DNA of 64,000 nucleotides from Adineta vaga. Its lineage: Eukaryota; Animalia; Rotifera. Of the stretch, positions 59,501-64,000 are shown piece by piece. Every line of letters begins with the position of its first letter. Position 1 is the stretch's first letter. The position numbers were made by a program, and so were the translations under genes. A model generated the notes under the pieces. It searched no databases. It was not told where the DNA came from and saw only the letters and a list, made by a program, of their open reading frames with translations. The stretch spans positions 5,766,001-5,830,000 of the forward strand of contig CP075497.1 in NCBI GenBank assembly GCA_021613535.1. Direction: 5' to 3'.

Positions 59501-61903
59501 TTGAAACTGAAGAAAAAGAACTAAAACGTGATCATGACTATCGTTTACAACAAATGGAAACGACTTATTTGGGTGATTTACAACGTCGTACTGATATGTC
59601 TGATAATGAACGACGTCATCATGAAAATCAAATCGAATTTCAATTAAGTGAAAAAGAAAAAGAGCTACAAAATTTTGAGACAACACATGCGACACTTAGA
59701 GAAAAGTTCGAAAATGAAAAACAACTTCTTGGTATGAAAGAAAAGCATTGAATGTATTGATTTTCAATTCTTAATTTCATTTCTAGAACAAGATGATCGT
59801 GATCGTATGGGTCGAGAATTTCATAAAGAAGAAGAATTAATTCATTTATCACAAAAAATGATGGAAGATAATGAATTTCGTTTGAAAGCAACGAAAGAAG
59901 CAGGTGAAAATGAATTACGTGATATAAAAGAATACTATGTAACAAAAACTATCGAAACAGAAGCTGAATATGCTGATGTAAGTGAATCTATAGGATATTC
60001 TTTTGATTTTATCATAAATTCAATTAGTTATTGGAAAAAAACCGTGCTAAACTTAAAATTTATGCCAAACAAAAACTTCAAATTGAAGAAGACATCGAAT
60101 ATGAACAATTAAAACTGAAACTCGAATATGAAAACGAAAAGAAACGTCTAGTAAATATATTAATCTTATCTATATCTCAAGCAAATTGTTCATTTTTAGT
60201 TGGAACATAATGCATTACTATCAAAAAATTTAAAAGAAACACTCGACGTACAGGTAATTACTATTTTACTTTAGAATATCGACTAATAAATGAAGTTTCT
60301 CAAAATTTTGTACTTTCTTTTAAATTAGGTTCAAGCTTCGAAAGCTAAACTAGCAGAACATGAAGCAACTGCTGATGCATACAAAACGAGGAATGCTGAA
60401 CATAGTAATCGTTCACAAGGAATGACGCAAGAAATTGCGGCATTAGAAAATGAAATCAGTGAACGAAATCATACTATTCAGGATAAAGTAAAAGAATATT
60501 GATGATGATTTTCGATTTATATAGAAGATTTCAATTTAGATTGAACGTATCAATGATCTTGGATTAAAGAATCAAGAATTAGAAAAGTTTCAATATGTAT
60601 TAAAATATAAAATTGATGAATTGACACGTTTAATCGAACCACGTAATGAAGAAATTGAACGTATGAGAAATCAATTACTCAAGGTAAATTTCGTACTCTT
60701 CGTTTTTGTGTATATCCAATGAATTTACAGTATGAAATCATTGATTGATTTATACTGTTAATATTCATTAATCTTTCACGAATGAGCGAAAACTGAAAAC
60801 GAAAATATTCAAACAGTTTCTGTCTCATTTGATTTTTGTTGTTGTTCTTGATCATTTTAGCTTGATAACTATTCGTGTATACTTCTCCTATTAACAATAT
60901 AATTAATAAAATATTTATATTCTCAGATGGCTAGTGAACGAGAAAAGAAAGAGAATGATTTAAGTCGAAGTCGATTTGATAATGTAAAAGAACGACGAAA
61001 ATTACATGCTGTTGATGCACAAGTTGAACGTGAACGTCAAAAAGTAGGAAATCTTTTCTACAAATAATACAAATAGAAGATATTCTTTTTCAAGCGAAAA
61101 GAATGTGATTCTGCTATGCGACGTATTAAAAATGATATTTTAACTCGATTTGCTGATATTAGTGATCCAAAACGAATAAGAAATGCTGTAGTTGAATTAT
61201 ATCAAAAACATGTAGAAAATGATACTGTTCGTATTGATTCTTTCATTTTTGTTTATTTGATTCATATGATTTTGATTTGAAATAGGCACCGAGTATATAT
61301 ACGTCCTCGGATCCCACAGGTGGTATATCTGAAGAAGCGATGGGTCAAGATCGTCAACGAATGTTTCTTGAACGTACAACAGCAAATTTAAAAACAAAAT
61401 TAACAAGTGATTTAAATGCAACAAAAGCTAATCGAATGAGAATAATGAATGTAAATTGAAGAGATTTAGTTGAGAAATTTTTTCAATTGATTAATTCTGT
61501 TTTCTTATCTAGGAGAATTCTCTTCTACTTCAAGAATTAAATAATTTACGTGAAGAATTGAAAATTGTTAGAGGTAGACTTCAAGATTATGATATTGCTC
61601 GACAAACATTCGGTGAAAAAGGTGTACACAGCACTGAAGCGCTTGTCCAAACACTCAATGCCGACGCAGGTTTGAATAAATGTTTTTTTTCTGCGATGAT
61701 TAAAACAAATTTCTATTTGTACGATAGGTAACTATGCAATTCGTCAACGTGATAATGATTTGATGAAAGAAATACATAATAATCAACAAGAAATTCTTCG
61801 ATTACGACAACGTCTCGGTCGGGTACAAGCTGGTTATCATCTAAACGATCAATTAACTATGGACAATGAATCAGAGAGTGTTTCAATTGTAAAACTTTCT
61901 TAA
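56571..61903 (+). CDS. CFAP57: Cilia- and flagella-associated protein 57 (WDR65): WD40 plus coiled coil; one apparent 1-nt frameshift near 57905
   Basis: IFGVRS....LFFADEHTVIYPAGN, GLDIATHKPLFVSSGEDHTVRLWNY, KNQELEKFQYVLKYKIDEL..IEPR, RQERCL, IMNENSLLLQELNNLREEL. Many short introns; stop at 61901-61903. Confidence 0.88.
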
Positions 61904-62284
61904 ATAAAGAAACCATTTTCAATAATTGTTTTGATCAAACGAAATGATCGAGCAATTTGAACGCATTGAAAAACAATGATTGTTGATGATGAAAAACAAA
62001 AGAAAATTTCATTTTGAATATGTCATTAAAATAATATTGTCGATTTTCTTACGTCAAGATAGAAATCATTGACGATAAGTAAATGAAATATGTATTATTC
62101 CTCACAACTAAAAATTGAAAGAAAAATATGTGCGTAAATGATTTACTATTTTTTTAGTGTATAAGCATAATCGATAATGGATGAAGCCAGAAAATTCTTT
62201 CATTTCGTTTTCGTCTGTCTATATATTGTTGTCATATTTTCAAAATATTTTTTTCTTCATCACTCGTTGTTAGAGTTCAGGTCA

Positions 62285-62947
62285 ATGGCTGTTGATGATT
62301 CTCTACCGATTTCACAATCATCTGCATCTTCATCATCATCATTATCATCATTAACAGAATCACGACATCGTACACAAATAGCAACAGATAATAGTTCATC
62401 TTTCATTCCATTTTTTGCTCGTTTACAACAAACAACGGTATTTATTCCTGCACATCGATCACGAACAAATCTTTCAACAACACCATCCAGTTCACTTACG
62501 ACTGATATACAATCAATATCGAATGAATCAAAATTATCGAATCCATCTTCGTCGAATTCAATTAGTAGAGAACGTAAACGGTTTGAATCTCAACAAAGAT
62601 TTAATCCAATCTTAAACAATCCTTTATTGAATCATCGTCGAGAAGTGCCTAAACCAGTTCGAATGAATATTTCAACGGATTCATCGCAAACTATAAAACT
62701 TCATCAGACGACAAAACCATTCAAAGTTCGATCAAATGATAAACAAACATCAACATCATCTCTGTTGACACAACGAATCGAACCTGTGACCGATAGAAAA
62801 GTTATTTCAGAAGAACTTCCGCTAATCGATAAAAGAAAATATGACTATATAACACGTTGGATTCATGACGTGCGTCTAGCAACTTATTCTTCAGAACAAC
62901 GATGTTCAAAAATGAAAGTATCACAAAAACGTTTGATACATTCATAA
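62285..62947 (+). CDS. Hypothetical Ser/Thr-rich, probably disordered protein (intronless)
   Basis: ORF 62177-62947 with codon usage like neighbouring genes from ATG 62285 (MAVDDSLP...). No recognised domain. Confidence 0.55.
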   Translation: MAVDDSLPISQSSASSSSSLSSLTESRHRTQIATDNSSSFIPFFARLQQTTVFIPAHRSRTNLSTTPSSSLTTDIQSISNESKLSNPSSSNSISRERKRFESQQRFNPILNNPLLNHRREVPKPVRMNISTDSSQTIKLHQTTKPFKVRSNDKQTSTSSLLTQRIEPVTDRKVISEELPLIDKRKYDYITRWIHDVRLATYSSEQRCSKMKVSQKRLIHS

Positions 62948-63106
62948 TCTTTATATTCATTTTTTGTCTGTTTTTATTGCCATTTTTATTCATTGTTTTG
63001 CAGAAAAATTCGAGAAACTAAAAGTACAAAGAGTCATACATGCAAAAAAGGAAAAAGTCATTCAAAAGAAAAACTACGTATGTATAGATTTAAATGGAAT
63101 GAATGC

Positions 63107-64000
63107 TTAACCTATATCGGATAAAGGATTTGTTTCGCCTTCACAAACATGATCCCAAACAATATCGGACCATTTCAGTAAAAGCATGGCACATGCAAGA
63201 AAACTTCGACCACATATTAATTCGGTAGTAATTGTCCATTGATCTGTTTCAACTGAATAATATTCTACACTTTCATGATATTTTCCTGGTTGTTCACCTT
63301 GTCCACCACATACGAAAATTTTGTCATTAACAACGGCTGCACCTGGTCGATAACGATGTTCACACATCGGTGCGATAAATTGCCATTGATTTGTTGTTGG
63401 ATCATAAACTTCAGCTAGATTTGTATTTTCTATATTTGATTGTAATCCTCCACAAACATAAATCTTTTTTCGCAGGACAACAACAGCTGCACCTGAACGT
63501 GCTATGCGCATAGGAGCAACATCTGTACTCCATTCGAAAGTTCGCGGATCAAATTTCATGACTAGATCAACAGCATCGCCTTCTTCGAGAACTGCTCCAC
63601 CTAAATCAAATTCTTCAATTTAAAAACACAGCATCTCTTTCTTTCTTTCTTTTCTTTACCAATTATATACAAATATCCATCTAATGTACAACAAGCTGGA
63701 CTTGTCATTCCAACTTGCATTGTACCAATCTAAATGGAAAAATTTACAACTCAAAATCTTTCTTCTATTTTTTGTTTGAATACATACTGAAGACCATTTA
63801 TTTTCCGTAATAGAATATCGTTCAATAGTATTAAGACGAACATCTCCATTCGAACCACCACATGCATATATGTACCCATCAATTAATACTAAACCTAATT
63901 CAGATCGTGGTGTTAGCATATCTGACAACTGTTGCCATGCATCAAGTTTTTGATCATATTTCCAAACTTCTGCACTCGGTCGACCTTGATCAATCATCAT
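63107..64000 (-). CDS. Kelch-repeat (KLHL-type) protein, 3' part only
   Basis: Repeated GG-Y/W kelch blades (IYACGG...ERYS....W; IYVCGG...EVYDP.TNQW; IFVCGG). Introns at ~63602-63657 and ~63730-63787. Runs off the window edge. Confidence 0.88.

Noticed and set aside
1-64000. Prokaryotic features (operons with RBS, CRISPR array, prophage, defence island)
   Set aside because: Spliceosomal introns throughout and metazoan gene content; no regularly spaced direct repeats with spacers seen.
1-64000. Intact transposon, rRNA or tRNA gene
   Set aside because: No transposase/RT motifs, long terminal repeats, rRNA-like GC-rich tract or cloverleaf pattern was seen by eye; short MITEs could have been missed.

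Overview
AT-rich, gene-dense animal genomic DNA with many short (~45-65 nt) GT-AG introns. It is most likely from a bdelloid rotifer (Adineta/Rotaria-like). This is an inference from intron size, composition, intronless bacterial-type genes and a decayed copy of an ART/TPR-type family I recognise as expanded in bdelloids. About 21 protein-coding loci plus one pseudogene, in order: LCA5-like (5'-partial), ART-family pseudogene, small orphan, REXO1, non-muscle myosin II heavy chain, UNC-93-like, secreted/anchored GH43 hydrolase, ARP2, CD36/SCARB, DKNYY-repeat protein, divergent calmodulin-like, divergent dPGM-like, catalytically dead papain-family protein, ADAR2-like, SNAP29, divergent Kv channel, IST1, TSNAXIP1, ankyrin protein, RASSF9/10-like, CFAP57, Ser-rich orphan and a kelch protein (partial). 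Most interesting: (1) myosin II has candidate 30-nt and 63-nt cassette exons at the positions and lengths of the vertebrate MYH10 B1/B2 loop inserts; (2) two intronless bacterial-type genes carry eukaryotic targeting signals (HGT candidates); (3) three adjacent genes look like pseudo-enzymes; (4) a Kv gene ends 49 nt before IST1, implying a nested or dicistronic arrangement; (5) microexon arrays and alternative first exons in IST1 and ADAR. No rRNA, tRNA, CRISPR array or intact transposon was seen. All exon models were read by eye and lack transcript support.
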